This document shows, one piece after another, positions 24,791 to 37,706 of a stretch of 64,000 bases of DNA. The DNA is taken from the NCBI GenBank assembly GCA_038087875.1, contig CM075977.1, positions 192,944,001-193,008,000 on the forward strand, given 5' to 3'. The notes below the pieces were generated by a model. That model worked only from the letters and a program-made list of their open reading frames with translations, was not told the DNA's origin and made no database searches. The stretch is from Malacoraja senta (taxonomy: Eukaryota). The translations under genes were made by a program, and so were the position numbers. Position 1 is the first letter of the stretch; each line of letters opens with the position of its first letter.

Positions 24791-25569
24791 TGTTTTGCAT
24801 TGCTAATGTTAAAGCGTGGGCTGCCAGCAGCTTTTAGGTGGTGGTCTAAAGTAAGCTTTCTCATATTCTGACTTCCAGCAGGGAACAAAATGATTTAATT
24901 TGCTTTGAACTGAGTTTTGTGGTGTTGATAAGCTGGATCAGATAAGCAGATGGCAAGTTTAGGTTGACGGCTCCAGTCACATTAGTCTGGCCAAAAAGAT
25001 CTATTCTGATCTAATCTCTCCGCCTCCTTGTCCCCAAGTTACAATTATTCAGAAAGTTTCTTACTGTCAGTGTCACAAGAAAGGCAACACTCCCAAAACG
25101 TCGTGATATGCATTTCTTCATATTTTCCTGAGTTAATATCATTCCTTTGATGACAGCAACATGAATCTTCCTCAGTTGGCAACAGCAGTAAAGCCATTGG
25201 TGTTGGTATGTATGCTGTCAGGGACAGGCGTGGCACCTGAATGTGGGTGATACTTGTCATAACAGGTATGGTTCCAGACTTGTTGAGGAGCGACTAGATG
25301 TCACAGCCTGAATCTGACGAGCCTTGGAGGCTTTCAATCAGCACACCCACATGGGATGACATGCAGCAAACATCATGTTGCAACAACCTCCCAATTACAG
25401 GTTAAAGTAAAATTCATTTTGTCTTTACTACAAAAGTCACAGAGCTTCTTTGAGCAGCTATTGCAATGAGAGGGTGCTTTAAAGCTCCTCTTTGAAATTT
25501 GGTGTGGGTTCAGAAAAATTGGGGTTCTGTTCTGCAATCATCAGATGCAAAGATTCCTTTCTTGTTATC

Positions 25570-25860
25570 TACGCAGCACTGGCCCAGGAGAGCGAGCACT
25601 TACACCTGTATGAAGAATGTAAATTCAAATCGTATATAATATCAGAGCACAAACGTCTAATGCACCACTGAGTGAGGGCTACCCTGTAAGTATTCCCTAC
25701 TCTCCTTGAAGAATGTAGAAATACTATGGCATTATTTCAAATAGCCGGTGACCTCTCCTCGGGTTTGGGCTAATATTTATCTCTTGATGTACATCTGATG
25801 ATATGGATTATTGGATCATTATCATATTATTGTTTATGGATCCTGCTGCACATAAATTTG
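25570..25860 (+). mobile_element. Degraded Deu-domain SINE
   Basis: GGCTAATATTTATCTC...GATCATTATCATATT...GGATCCTGCTG, similar to 24560-24790. Confidence 0.45.
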
Positions 25861-26049
25861 TTATAGGGTATGGCATCGTAATAATAAATTTACTGGACTA
25901 ATACCCATATTTCTGCACTATTCATTGGGAGACACAAGGTAAGTGGAGGATTCAGTCAAATAATGAAATAAATCTGGAATTAAAAAATATAAAATTTCAG
26001 TAATGGGATCCAAAAAAGTGTCAGATTGTTGTACGTCTCACATTCAATA

Positions 26050-26875
26050 TCTCTATATTATTAAAAAATCTCTTCTTGTATGTGTGTGTGTGTGTTTTTG
26101 CATCTTCGCCAAAACGCTACGCGGCAGCGCTGACATTTTTGCAGAATCTTACATTTTTCCGGTTGTTGCGATAATCAGGTTTCCTTCAGATTTTATGTTA
26201 TATTTCAAGTTATTGATGATTAAAGTTTTTTAAACTATTTTCAAAAGGTTTTTTTGAAAATAATAACGGCTTCTGAGAGAGACAGTCTTCCAGCAGCTTC
26301 CAGTAATGATGTCACAATGCCATCTCACAGTCCACCAATCACAATGGCATCTCATTTTCATAGGCTGCCGAGTCCAACAATCACATCACAATGGTACTTG
26401 CCCGTGAAGCCTTCAAGCCCACACTGTTGCCAACGGTAACGGCAGCCAAGACGTTGCTAATTTTACCCCTAGCCCACTCCCCACAGCCCACTCCCCACAG
26501 CCCACTCCCCACAGCCCGCAGCCCACTCCCCACAGCCCGCAGCCGACTCCCCACAACCCGCAGCCCACTCCCCACAGTCCACTCCCCTCAGCCCACTCCC
26601 CACTCCCCACAGCCCACTCCCCACAGCCCACTCCCCACAGAATTTTGGCGATGTCCCTCTCTGGCATTGGTGGCCCAATCGTTGAGCAGCAGCATCACCA
26701 TTAGCATAATCACGTGGGAAGGATTTATTGGCTCCATGGAGCACCGACGCCGACTCAAAAGTTGAGTCCATTCATTGGCTCCGGGAAGCGCCGACTGCCG
26801 GTCGCGTTGGGGGAACGGGTGAGTGGTGGATTATTGCGTTGGGGAACGGGGCCCAACAGGTCCCACTTGGTCTAG
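26050..26875 (+). mobile_element. Non-autonomous Helitron
   Basis: A|TCTCTATATTATTAAAA 5' end; subterminal hairpin GGGGCC-CAACA-GGTCCC (26848-26864); CTAG|T 3' end; AT insertion site with no TSD. Confidence 0.85.
26472..26640. repeat. Minisatellite (GCCCACTCCCCACA)n inside the Helitron
   Basis: Tandem 14-bp units with 7-bp variants. Confidence 0.95.
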
Positions 26876-27394
26876 TATAAAAATATAGTTTGAAGTGGGC
26901 TGATCAGGTTCCTTTGGACTTCAGGATGGAGTTCACCACACCACTGCAAGTGAAGCGGCCAAGCTGGAAACTGGCGCTTGCCAAACTTTCAGAAATTGGA
27001 CATTGGTCCTATAAATACGCACCCGCTACATTAATGCCGAGTGCCCCTGAGCTACAGAAATGGGTGGAGCATTGGGAGATGGAGTTTAATCCAAGCATAT
27101 GAGGTGCTGATAACATACAATCATATTTAAGACTTGCATATTGTATGCATTGTAATTAACATATCTGCAAACATAAACTTTAACGTATACATTTTCAAGC
27201 TTTTGCGCATAGCAGTTTAGACATTGCCCGATTGGCACAAACTCATGAGGCCACATGGACTGCTGAAACATGTTTAGAAGAAGCAAGAACTTCCAGTGTG
27301 CCTTGGATTCTCTTAATTTCTGCACCTTCTGTGGGCCCATAATGTTAGAATGGCTGCTTCCAACCTGTACCTCACTGTCCCTGCTCAGTTTTGT

Positions 27395-28246
27395 CAGGCA
27401 GTGAAGAAAGCTAATGGCATGTTGGCTTTCATAAAGAGAGGAGTTGAGTATAGAAGCAAAGAGGTCCTTCTGCAGTTGTACAGCACCTGGTGAGACCACA
27501 GCTGGAGTATTGTGTGCAGTTTTGGTCTCCTAATTTGAAAAAGGACATTCTTGCTATTGGGGGAGTGCAGCGTAGGGTCACAAGGTTAATTCCCAGGATG
27601 GCGGAACTGACATATGATGAAAGAATGGAGCAACTGGGCTTGTATTCACTGGAACTTAGAAGGATGAGACGGGATCTTATTGAAACATACAAAATTGGAT
27701 TGGAAACATTAAGGGATTGGACACGCTAGATGCAGGAAATATATTCCCGATGTTGCTGGCATCCAGAACCAGGGGCCACTGTTTAAGAATAAGGGGTAGG
27801 CCATTTAATAATAATAATAATAATAATAATAAATTTTATTTATGGGCGCCTTTCAAAAGTCTCAAGGACACCTTACAAAGTTTAACAAAGTGTAGAAACA
27901 TGTAAGCGGAATAAAATAAATAGTAAAGACATCACGAGTACAGAAATTAAAGCCAGAATTCAATCCAAAAACAAAAATCAAAAAACACAATATGGAACTG
28001 AGATGAGGAAAAACATTTTCAAACAGAGAGTTGTGAATTTGTGGATTTCTCTGCCTCAGAAGGCAGTGAAGGCCAATTCACTGGATGCTTTCAAAAGAGT
28101 TAGATAGAGCTCTTAGGGCTAGCGGAATCAAGGGATATGGGGAGAAGGCAGCAATGGGGTACTGATTGTGGATGATCAGCCATGATCACATTGAATGGCG
28201 GTGCTGGCTCGAGGGCCGAATGGCCTACTCCTGCACCTATTGTCTA
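27395..28246 (+). mobile_element. CR1 LINE 3' fragment
   Basis: 'RPQLEYCVQFWSP', 'RTRGHCLRIRG' and CR1 3' UTR; split by an insertion at ~27807-27992. Confidence 0.9.
27807..27992 (-). mobile_element. LINE (L2-like) 3' tail with (TTA)n, nested in CR1
   Basis: Minus strand TGTAAGGTGTCCTTGAG...GAAAGGCGCCCATAAATAAAATTTATTATTATT. Confidence 0.6.
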
Positions 28247-28549
28247 TAAATATATGTCATGATCATTGTATTGTGATCTTTTGTTGCTAGATCACAATTC
28301 CTCAGCACTGACTAGTCCCTGCTGCTCCTTCTGCACTCCTGCTGGCCCAAGACCCCTGGTATCTTTCTCCCCACATGGCCTTCAGTCAAAAGTGAAGGCA
28401 GTCGTCGTGCGGTGAGGTTACTTCTCTGTCCCTGCAAGTAATTAGTTGGAAAATCATCCTTTAAGTCCAAGTTCCTAAATCCAGATCAATCCTAACACTT
28501 TTAGCGGCTGGGTCTAGATTGCAGCAGTTATTCATTTCTCAATTTTTGA

Positions 28550-28690
28550 CAGACAGGTACATGGATAGGACAGGTTTGGAGGGATATAGGTCAAACGCAG
28601 GCAGGTGGGACTCATGTAGCTGGGCCATGTTGGCCGGTGTGGGCAAGTTGGGCTGAAGGGCCTGTTTCCATGCTGTGTGACTCAATGACT
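28550..28690 (+). mobile_element. Short CR1-type 3' end
   Basis: GGGCAAGTTGGGCTGAAGGGCCTGTTTCCATGCTGT tail motif. Confidence 0.65.
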
Positions 28691-29274
28691 AATTTATTTG
28701 GTACACTGCACCTCATTTCTGTCAATGTTTTCAACTCCTCCAATCTATGTGGACATCAGAATTCTCCTGTAATTATTGGACTTGTCCAAAATCTTGCCTC
28801 CTTACCGAGTGAAGTGCTTCAGAATCCACACCTGCAACAATGTCCTGATTTACCAATAGTTGTGAACTTTTTATCATGTCACCAATGTGCTGTTGATACC
28901 ATTCAACATACATTCCTTGTGTTATTGTCACCTCTCTGGGTATGTTCAGTGGGCATTTTCACTTCCTATAGGCAAACCGTGGTCTGCAGTTCTCTGCATA
29001 AGACTCGTTCTGTTTGTCTCAACAATCTGGTGCCAGTTCTCTCCTTTTATGGTGATTGTAGCTGCAAGCCTCATTTGTTTTGCCTTCATGTGACCCACTT
29101 CTCCGGTTCCTTTGATTAGTGGGTTTCTCACTGTAAATGCCCCTAGCAAGTGACCCGACCCTGAGGGGGGATGACACAGCTGACACCATCATTATTGTTG
29201 CTGTGGCTCTTCAAACACCCTGAGCTGATGCAACCTCTTTTTCATTTATCAGGATGATTTCCATCAAAAGCACT

Positions 29275-30066
29275 GTTTTTTTATCTCTTTTTTTAATTTT
29301 TAGTTAGTTGAGTTTTTGTTTTTCGGAGCTCTAGTCTTTTTTATGTGGCGGTGGAGGGGGGGAAGGGGGAAACTACTTTTCAGGGTCCCTACCTGGTCGG
29401 AGAGGCAGCTTTTCTCCAGCTGCACTTTCGACCTGTCCTCGCGGCCTACCAGCGGGCCTGGAGCAGCGTTTCCTGAGGGGACCGCCCAGAACCTCGGCTT
29501 CAGCGGCAGCGCAGCGCTGGAGCACTATCGCAGAGCGGAGCGGACGATGCCTTGCCCGGGTCGCCGCGCTGGAACTCCGGTGAGCTGAAGACCGCCGATG
29601 CAACATCGCGGAGCTGCGGGTCTGTGGAGCGGCCAGCTGCGGGCGGCGGCGCTGAACTTTGCACCGGGAGCCTGGGATCTCTCGCCGAGATCGCCAATGG
29701 TGGAGCTCCATCCAGCGCGGCCTGTCGGCTTCAGAAGCCGCGGTCTCTAGTAAGGAAGCGGCCCCTCCAGGTGTCCCAAGCCGCTGTGAGGATTCTCCCG
29801 ATGCCGGAGCACCATCACCCGACGAGAACGGCCTGGAACATCGGGCCGCTATAGCGGCGACTCAATAGGCCCGACTATGGGTGGACAAGGGGATGGGGAC
29901 TGCACTTTGTGCCTTCCCTCACAGTGGGAACCATTGTGGGGGGATGTTTTTATGTTTATTGTTAAATTCTTTAATGTTGTGTCTTATCTTTATCTGTGTG
30001 CTGCATGGCAAGTCAAATTTCACTACACCAATTGGTGTATGTGACAATAAATGTCCTTTGTCCTTT
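29275..30066 (+). mobile_element. GC-rich non-autonomous retroelement with Rex1/Babar-type 3' tail
   Basis: CpG-rich body with no coherent ORF; ends AATTTCACTACACC...ATGTGACAATAAA(TGTCCTT)n. Confidence 0.6.
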
Positions 30067-30559
30067 GGCTCATCTGTGAGCCCTCACAGAATTTGTACTT
30101 TAACACCAAGGATAGAAGATCCAGTCTTATATTTTAAGGTTGTTTGTGAGTCTTACAAGCAGGCAGCCTTGTTTTCTGCATCACAACAGTGACTGCACTT
30201 CAAGAACGCTCCATTTGCTGCAAAATACGTTGAAACCCCCTGAGCTCATGATAGGCAGGGAGTAATTGCAAATCTCACAGATCTGTTTTCCCCTTTCCGC
30301 AAAGTCTCTCCTCAGTGATAATATGTTTCATCTAGATGAGCTCAGAGTTCAGGAGAAGCAGGCATAGGCTCTCCGCTGGGCATTCAGCTGAACTGAACTT
30401 CAGGGTGCTTCACACCTTTTTCAGTTCCAGGTGCCACTTCAAACTGGAACATAAACTTCAATTTGCTGGACATCGGCATGAATTTCTATTAATTTGGAAT
30501 TACCACAGATTCTGCAACCGCATTCTGTGAGAATATTTTTCACTTGAAATAGCTCGATA

Positions 30560-31110
30560 CGATAAAACTTTAATCATCCCCGGAGGGAAATTGGTCTGCC
30601 GACAGTCACAACACACAAGGTACACGAAAACTTGAAATTAAAAGTGAAGAAAAAAGAAAAAGACAAGCGACTGTTGGCTGGCTGCCATGTGCACAGCGCC
30701 TTCACCGGAGTGAACAAATGAACAAACAGACGACACAGACTTATCCCCTGAGCAGAGGATTCTAAACTAGAGCCCCCCCCCACCCCTCCCCCACACCAGG
30801 GCCCCCTTCGTTCTCCCACTGTCCCTCACAGCGGTCTCCCAACATCGGGTCCCCATTGTCTTCCCCTCCCCCCTCATGCTCATCGACCGCGAGGCCCCAT
30901 CACCACGGAGGCCTATGTTGACTCCGAGGCACCTGCTTCCGCCACTGAGTGTCCCGCTGCCGCCGCTTAGGCGCCCATCGCCGCCACCGCTGAGGCTCCT
31001 TCGGCCCAGACAGGCCTCGCCGCCTGGCTTCACTGCAGCCCCCTGGGAGGCCTGTGGGGCGAGTCGGGCCAAACGGGGCGTGTTCCGGTCTTTGGTCGTC
31101 GTTCTGGTCG
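30560..31110 (-). mobile_element. GC-rich non-autonomous retroelement, related to 35839-36450
   Basis: Minus strand carries GAAGGCGCTGTGCACATGGCAGCCAGCCAACAGTCG, akin to GGCGCCAGCCATGGCTGCCTCGCCAACAGTC at ~35843, and a LINE-like tail AATTTCCCTCCGGGGATGATTAAAG. Confidence 0.55.
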
Positions 31111-31604
31111 TCAGCTCAATAGCTGAACTGTACAGTAATATAGTTGGGCCAGTGATAAAATGCAACACCCATGCCTTTATGACCACTTCCGCAGAGTCAC
31201 TGTCTCTTCTGATGATTCAATAGCTGAGCAGAGTGATCTGTAACTATTTTTAATTTCAAGGATGTTCTGCAGGTGATGACATTAGTTGCCATTGATGCAA
31301 CCAGCAGAATTTGAATGTTTTAACGTGTGCTGTGATTCAGCCCCTGTGTTGGACTGATGCACAGAAAGGCAAAAGGTTTATATGCTGGACAGTTGTTTAC
31401 CCATTCACATTTATTGTTGTCCCTATCTTCTACTTTCGCCAACACCTTGCTGCATTGGGGCACACAGAGACATTTTTTGTGTCCAGTCTTTGTTGAATTT
31501 CATTCCATTTTACAATTATTTTCCATTTCTTGTTACGGACAGATGCCTGTTAGTTTTTGATTAGTTGCTGCTGTAATTCTTTATAATGTACAAAAATAGA
31601 TAGG

Positions 31605-31825
31605 AGGAAAACATGATGTGTCAACGTAATTCAGCAGGTCAGGCAGCATCTATGGAAGAGATGGATAGGTAGTGTTTCAGATCGGCAGCTGTCTTCAGAG
31701 CCTGAAGAAGAGTCCCAACCCAAAACATTGTCTGTCAATTCCCTTCATAGATGCTGCCTGACCTGCTGAGCTTCCCCAGCACTTTGTGTTTTGCTCATAT
31801 TCTGGAATCAGCAGTTCCTTATGTC
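31605..31825. mobile_element. Head-to-head inverted PLE pseudo-LTRs (fold-back)
   Basis: CAGCAGGTCAGGCAGCATCTATG ... TCTTCAG-AGC-CTGAAGA ... CATAGATGCTGCCTGACCTGCTG. Confidence 0.75.
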
Positions 31826-31939
31826 TCCAAATATGGATTGGAGTTGAGCGAAACATATTGCTACATTCAAATGTTCCAATTTTCCACTCATTCCCTGGAC
31901 ATGGCATAGTGTGATTATTCTGTTCCAGCTTTCTCCCTA

Positions 31940-32075
31940 CTACCATAATCAGTATGAAGAAGGGTCCCAAACCGAAATCGCCTATCGATATTCTCCACAG
32001 ATGCTGCCTGGCCCATTGATTTACTCCAACAGTTTATGTATTTTTTTGTAAAGCGGCATCTGCAGTTCATTGTGT
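31940..32075 (+). mobile_element. PLE pseudo-LTR fragment
   Basis: AGTATGAAGAAGGGTCCCAAACCGAAA...GATGCTGCCTG...GCATCTGCAGTTC. Confidence 0.7.
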
Positions 32076-32084
32076 CTGATGTTT

Positions 32085-32640
32085 TAAAGGAGATGTGCGG
32101 GGCAAGTTTCTTACACAGAGTGGTGGGTGCGTGGAACATATTGCCGGGAGTGGTGGTGGTGGAGGCAGATACGATAGTTACCAGGATGTTACCAGGGCTT
32201 GCGACCTTGAATTATAAGGAGAGAGTTTGGGCTGATATTTCTTTTCTTTGGAAGAAAGGAGGCTGAGGGGTTACATTATTGAGCTGCACAAAATCATGAG
32301 GGGCATGGATAAGGCAAATGCTCACGTCTTATTACCAGGGTAAGGATTCAAAAGGTTCAGGGCATAGACTTAGCTGAGATGAGAAATATAAAAGAGAGAC
32401 ATCATGGGCAACTCTTTCATTCAGAGAGTAGTCATTTCTGGAATGAGCTGTCAGAAGATGCCATTGAAGCAGATAAAATTATAACTTCTGGAAGACATTT
32501 GGGCAGATATACGGATAGGCAAGATTTAGAGTAATATGGGCCAAATGCAAGCAAATACGATCGTTCAAAATGCCAATGGAATCAGCATGGACAAGGTAGG
32601 CTGAAGGGTCTATTTCCTTGCTGTATAGTTCTGTGACCTT
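32085..32640 (+). mobile_element. Degraded CR1 3' fragments
   Basis: 'HRVVGAWNILP' and CR1 3' UTR motifs. Confidence 0.65.
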
Positions 32641-33065
32641 TTGACTATATCACAGATATGTGGCTGGTGCAGAGAGATCAAGTTACTTGAAGTTGTAGAA
32701 TTCAACTGAGTCCAGAAGGCTGTAACATCAGGCCTCAGTGTGGGCCAGAGACCAATATCTCAGGGTGGAAAATGATTTGGAGAATTGTAGTCATCAGCAA
32801 TGGCAGCTCAGGGTCTCCCTTGCAGTCTGAACACAAGTGCCCTGCAAAGTCATCACCCATTCTGCATTTTGTTTCTCCAATGTCAAGCAGGCCTCATTGT
32901 GAACATTGAATGAAGTATGCTTGATTGGAAGATGTGTAAGTGAATTGCTGCTTTACCTGGAAACACAGTCTGGGTCCTTGGATGGTTCGAAGGAAAGAGG
33001 TGAAAGAACAAGTGTTGCATTTGCAAAGAGAAGTGTCATAAACGTGGTGGAAAAAACATTAAAAG

Positions 33066-36000
33066 AAATAGGTGCAGGAGTAGGCCATTCAGCCCTTCGA
33101 GCCAGCACCGCCATTCAATATGATCATGACTGATCATCCAAAATTAGTACCCCATTCCAGCTTTTTCCCCATATCCCTTGATTCCCTTAGCCCTAAGACC
33201 TGAATCTAACTCTCTTGAAAACATCCAGTGAATTGGCCTTCACTGCCTTCTGTGGCAGAGAATTCCACAGGTTCGCAACTCTCTGGGTGAAAAGGTTTTT
33301 CCTCATCTCAGTCCTAAATAACCTACCCTTATTCTTAAACTTTGACCCCTGGTTCTGGACTCCCCCAACATCGGGAACATTTTTCCTGCATCTACCCTGT
33401 CCAATCCCTTAAGAATTTTATATGTTTCTATAAGATCCCTTCTCATCCTTCTATATTCCAGCGAATATAAGCCCAGTCAACCCATTCTTTCATCATATGT
33501 CAGTCCCGCCATCCTGGGAATTAACCTGGTGAACCTACGCTGCACTCCCTCAATAGCAATAATGTCCTTCCTCAAATTAGGAGACCAAGATTGCACACAA
33601 TTCTCCAGGTGCGGTCTCACCAGGGTCCTATACAACTGCAGTAGGATCTCCTTGCTCCTAAACTTATATCCTCTCGCAATGAAGGCCAACATGTCATTGG
33701 CTTTCTTCACTGCCTGCTATACCTGCATGCTTGCTTTCAGTGACTGATGTACAAGCACACCCAGGTCTTGTTGCACCTCCCCTTCTCCTAATCTGACACC
33801 ATTCAGATAATAATCCGCCTTCCTGTTCTTGCCACCAAAGTGGATAACCTCACATTTATCCACATTATACTGCATTTGCCATGCTTCTGCCCACTCACCC
33901 AACCTATCCAAGTCACCCTGCAGCCTCATAGCATCCTCCTCGCAGCTCACACTGACACCCAGCTTTTTGTCATCCGCAAACTTAGAGATATCACATTTAA
34001 TTCCCTTGTCTAAATCGTTAATATATATTGTAAACAACTGGAGTCCCAGCACCGAGCCTTGCGGCACTCCACTAGTCACTGCCTGTCATTCTGAAAAGGA
34101 CCCGTTAATTCCTACTCTTTGCCTCCTGTCTGCCAACCAGTTCTCTATCCATGTCAATACCCTACCCCCAATACCATGTACTCTAATTTTGCACACTAAT
34201 CTCTTGTATGGGACTCAAAGGCTTTTTGAAAGTCCAGATACACCATATCCACTGGTTCTCCTTTATCCATTCTGCTTGTTATATCCTCAAAAAATTCCAC
34301 AAGATTAGTCAAGCATGATTTCCCCTTCATAAATCCATGCTGATTTTGACCGATCCCGTCACTGCTTTCCAAATGCACTGCTATAACATCTTTAATAATC
34401 GACTCCAGCATTTTCCCAATTACCGATTTAAGGCTAACTAGTCTATAATTCGCCATTGTTCCCGTTTTCTCTCTCCCTCCTTTCTTAGTGGAGTTACATT
34501 GGCTACCCTCCAGTCCACAGGAACTGTTCCAGATTCGAGAGAACATTGGAAAATGATCACCAATGCATCCACGATTTCTTGGGCCACCTCCTCGAGTACT
34601 CTACGATGCAGACCATCAGGCCCTGGGGATTTATCTGCTTTCAGTCCCAACAGTTTACCTAACACCATTTTCTGACTAATGTGGGTTCCCCTCCCTTCTA
34701 CTAGATCCTTGGTCCCCTAATATTTTCAAGAGATTGTTTGTGTCTTACCTTAGTAAAGACAAAACCAAAGTACTCGTTTAACTGTTCTGCCATTTCCTTG
34801 TTTCCCATTATACTGTAAATTCACCTGTCTCTGACTGTAAGGGACCTACATTCGTCTTTACTAATCTTTTCCTTTTTACATACCTAAAGAAACTTTTACA
34901 GTCATTTTTTATATTCCCCACAAGCTTTCTTTCATGCTCTTTTCCCCCCTCTTAATTAACCCCTTTGTCCTCTCTGTTGAGGTCTAAATTTCCCTCAGTC
35001 CTCTGGTTTGTCGCTTCTTCTGCCCAATTTATATGCCTCTTCCTTGGCTTTAACACTATCCTTGACTTCCCTCGTCAGCCACGGTTGAGGTGCCTTCCCA
35101 GTTTTATTTTTTTCACCAGACAGGGATGAACAGTTTCTGGAGTTCATCCATGATGTCTTTAAATCTTTGCCATTGCATCTCCACTGTCAACCCTTTTAGT
35201 ATAATTTGCCTGTCTATCCTAGCCAATTCCCAATCTCATACCTTCAAAGTCTCCTTTATTCAAGTTCAGGACCCTAGTCTCTGAATTAGCCGTGTTACTC
35301 TCCATCCTAATGCAGAATTCCACCATATTATGGTCACTGTTGCCCAAGGGGCCTTGCACAACAAGATCGCTAACTAATCCTTCCTCATTACACAATACCC
35401 AGTCTAGGATGGCCTGCTCTCGAGTCGGTTCCTCTACATATTGGTTTAAAAACTCATCCTGTATACATTCCAGGAAATCCTCCTCCTCAGCACTGTTACC
35501 AATTTGGTTGGCTGAATCTATATGTTGATTAGAGTCACCCATGATAAGTGCTGTACCTTTGCTACACGCATTCCTAATTTCCTGCATGATGCTATCCCCA
35601 ATCTCCCTACTGCTATTTGGTGGTCTGTATACAACTCCAACAAGCGTTTTCTGCCCTTGGCTATTTCGCAGTTTTACCCATACCGAATCAAGCTAATGTC
35701 TCTCCTTGCTATTGTATTAATCTCCTCTTTAACCAGCAATGCCACCCCACCTCCTCTTCCTTTCTGTTTATCTTTCCTGAATATCAAATAACCCTGCATA
35801 TTTAGCTCCCAGCCTTGGTCACTTTGGAGCCATGTCTCGGGTGGCGCCAGCCATGGCTGCCTCGCCAACAGTCTGTCTGTCCCTTCCTTCTTTATTGTTT
35901 GTTTGTGTGTTAAATGTATGTTTTTAGTGTTCTTTGGCTTGTTTTGTGTTTTGGGTGGTGGGGGGAGGTTATCTCTTACCTCGACGGAGGTGTGATTTTT

Positions 36001-37640
36001 TTCCATATCATATCTCCGTCCACATTGCGGCCTAACATTGAGGAGTTGGCGGCCTTTGCTAGAGACCGACTTTGAGAGCTCCACCGCAGGAGCCTGCGAA
36101 TTTTAACATCGCGAAGTTTGCGGTCTCTGATTAGAGACTGACTTCGGGAACTCCAAGCCGCAGGAGCTTCGACCGCCCCGATACGGGAGCTTCGACCGCC
36201 GGCTGTGGGAGCTTCGATCGCCCCCAACTGTGGAAGGTTCGACTGCCCCGACCACGGGAGAATAAAGGGGAAGAAGATTAGACTTTATTGCCTGTGAGCA
36301 ATGTGGGGAATCTGCTGTGATGGATGTATTTGTTAATTTTTATTTAGTTGTGTGTCTTGTTGTTCCTATTTTTTAGTATGGCTGTGTGGTAATTCAAATT
36401 TCACTGCACCTTAACTGGTACATGTGACAATAAATTGACCTTGAAGCCTTTATTCCACCTATATCATATCCCTTAACTACTAACTGCGCATTCAATTCAT
36501 CCACCTTATTTCGAATGCTCCTCGCATTAAGGCACAAAGTTTTGAGTTCAGTTTTTCTTATCTCCCTTCTACCTTTTGCTTCTGTCCTCCTTTTATGGCC
36601 CACTGTCTCCTTGCATTGGGTCCCATCCCCCTGCCCTGTTAGTTTGAACGTGACCTTTCCTACACTCTCTTTCCCGTTAGCTGCACGGATACGCTTCCAC
36701 CTGCCCACTTTTTAGTTTAAACCCACCCGTGTAGCACTAGCAAACCTACCTGCCGGAATGTGGGGCCCCTTCCAATTAAGGTGCAACCCGTCCCTTTTGT
36801 ACAGGTCATCTCTGCCCCAGAAGAGATCCCAGTGATCTAGAAATCTAAATCCCTGCCCCCTGCACCAACTCCTCAGCTACACCTTCAGATCCCCTCTCTC
36901 CCTGTTCCTACCCTCACTAGCATGAGGCAATGGACCCAGAGATAATCACCCTAGAAATCTTGCTTTTCAGCCTCCTGCCTAGTTTGCTATACTCACGTTG
37001 CAGAACCTTCTTCCTCTTCTTACCCACATCATTTGTGCCAACATGCACAACTACCTCCGGCTGCTTCCCTTCCCTCAAGGATGCTCTGAAGTCGGTCTGA
37101 GACGTCTTGGATCTTGGCACCAGGGAGGCCACACACCATCTTCAAGTCTCGCCTGTCGCCACAGAATCTCCTGTCCGCACCTCGGACAATGGAGTCACCC
37201 ACCACTATGGCTCTGCCTGACGTCGGTCTCGCCGGTCAAGTCTCAGTGCTAGGATTCGAGTCACAGACCTGTCCGCCGCTCGGACTGCAAGCGTCGTCTA
37301 CCCCGACAGCTCCCAAGATGGTGTACCTGTTTGCAAGAGGTACTTCCACCGTGGTCTCCTGCACTTGCTTCATCCCCTTTCTTTCCATCTCTACCTGTCG
37401 CACCTCCTGCACTCTTGGAGTGATGACCTGACTGTAGGTCCTGTCCAGGAATCTTTCGTCATCCCAGATGGACTGCAGTCATCCAGCTGCTGCTCCAGTT
37501 CCCTAACGGTCCTTGAGCTGCATCTGGACAGAGTTCCCACAGGTGTAGTGGTCAGTGACACCAGCAGTGCCCCTGACTTCCTACATCCTAGGAGAAAGCC
37601 TTCCTTCGGCCGATCCACTCACTCGCTGGTCTGGCTGCTG
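33066..37640 (-). mobile_element. Near-full-length degraded CR1 LINE (ORF1 zinc-finger/esterase, ORF2 APE-RT)
   Basis: ORF1 'VRELEQQLDD' and 'PEVVVHVGTNDV' (SGNH-like); APE 'LCLNARSIRNKVDEL', 'ETWL', 'GRGGGVALLV', 'SDHNMV'; RT 'GVPQGSVLG', 'KFADD'. Confidence 0.93.
35839..36450 (+). mobile_element. Non-autonomous Rex1-tailed retroelement inserted in the CR1 APE domain
   Basis: Splits 'GYDIGGI|ETWL'. Internal ~21-bp tandem repeat GGAGCTTCGACCGCC; tail TTTCACTGCACC...CATGTGACAATAAA. Confidence 0.7.
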
Positions 37641-37706
37641 CTCCTCTGGAAGGAAATAATGGATCACGCGCTGCAACGGGAAGAGAATAGAGCAAGATTT
37701 GCATGA

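Noticed and set aside
25045-25260. Minus-strand ORF/exon candidate
   Set aside because: Plausible AG/GT ends, but no recognisable homology or partner exons; support is insufficient.
26381-26771. Repetitive ORFs (GSGLWGVG / PTPHSP)
   Set aside because: Translation artefacts of the 14-bp minisatellite.
29316-31223. Many overlapping Arg/Pro/Gly-rich ORFs and a possible CpG-island promoter
   Set aside because: They lie within GC-rich repeats with LINE-type tails. Stop-poor frames are expected from base composition.
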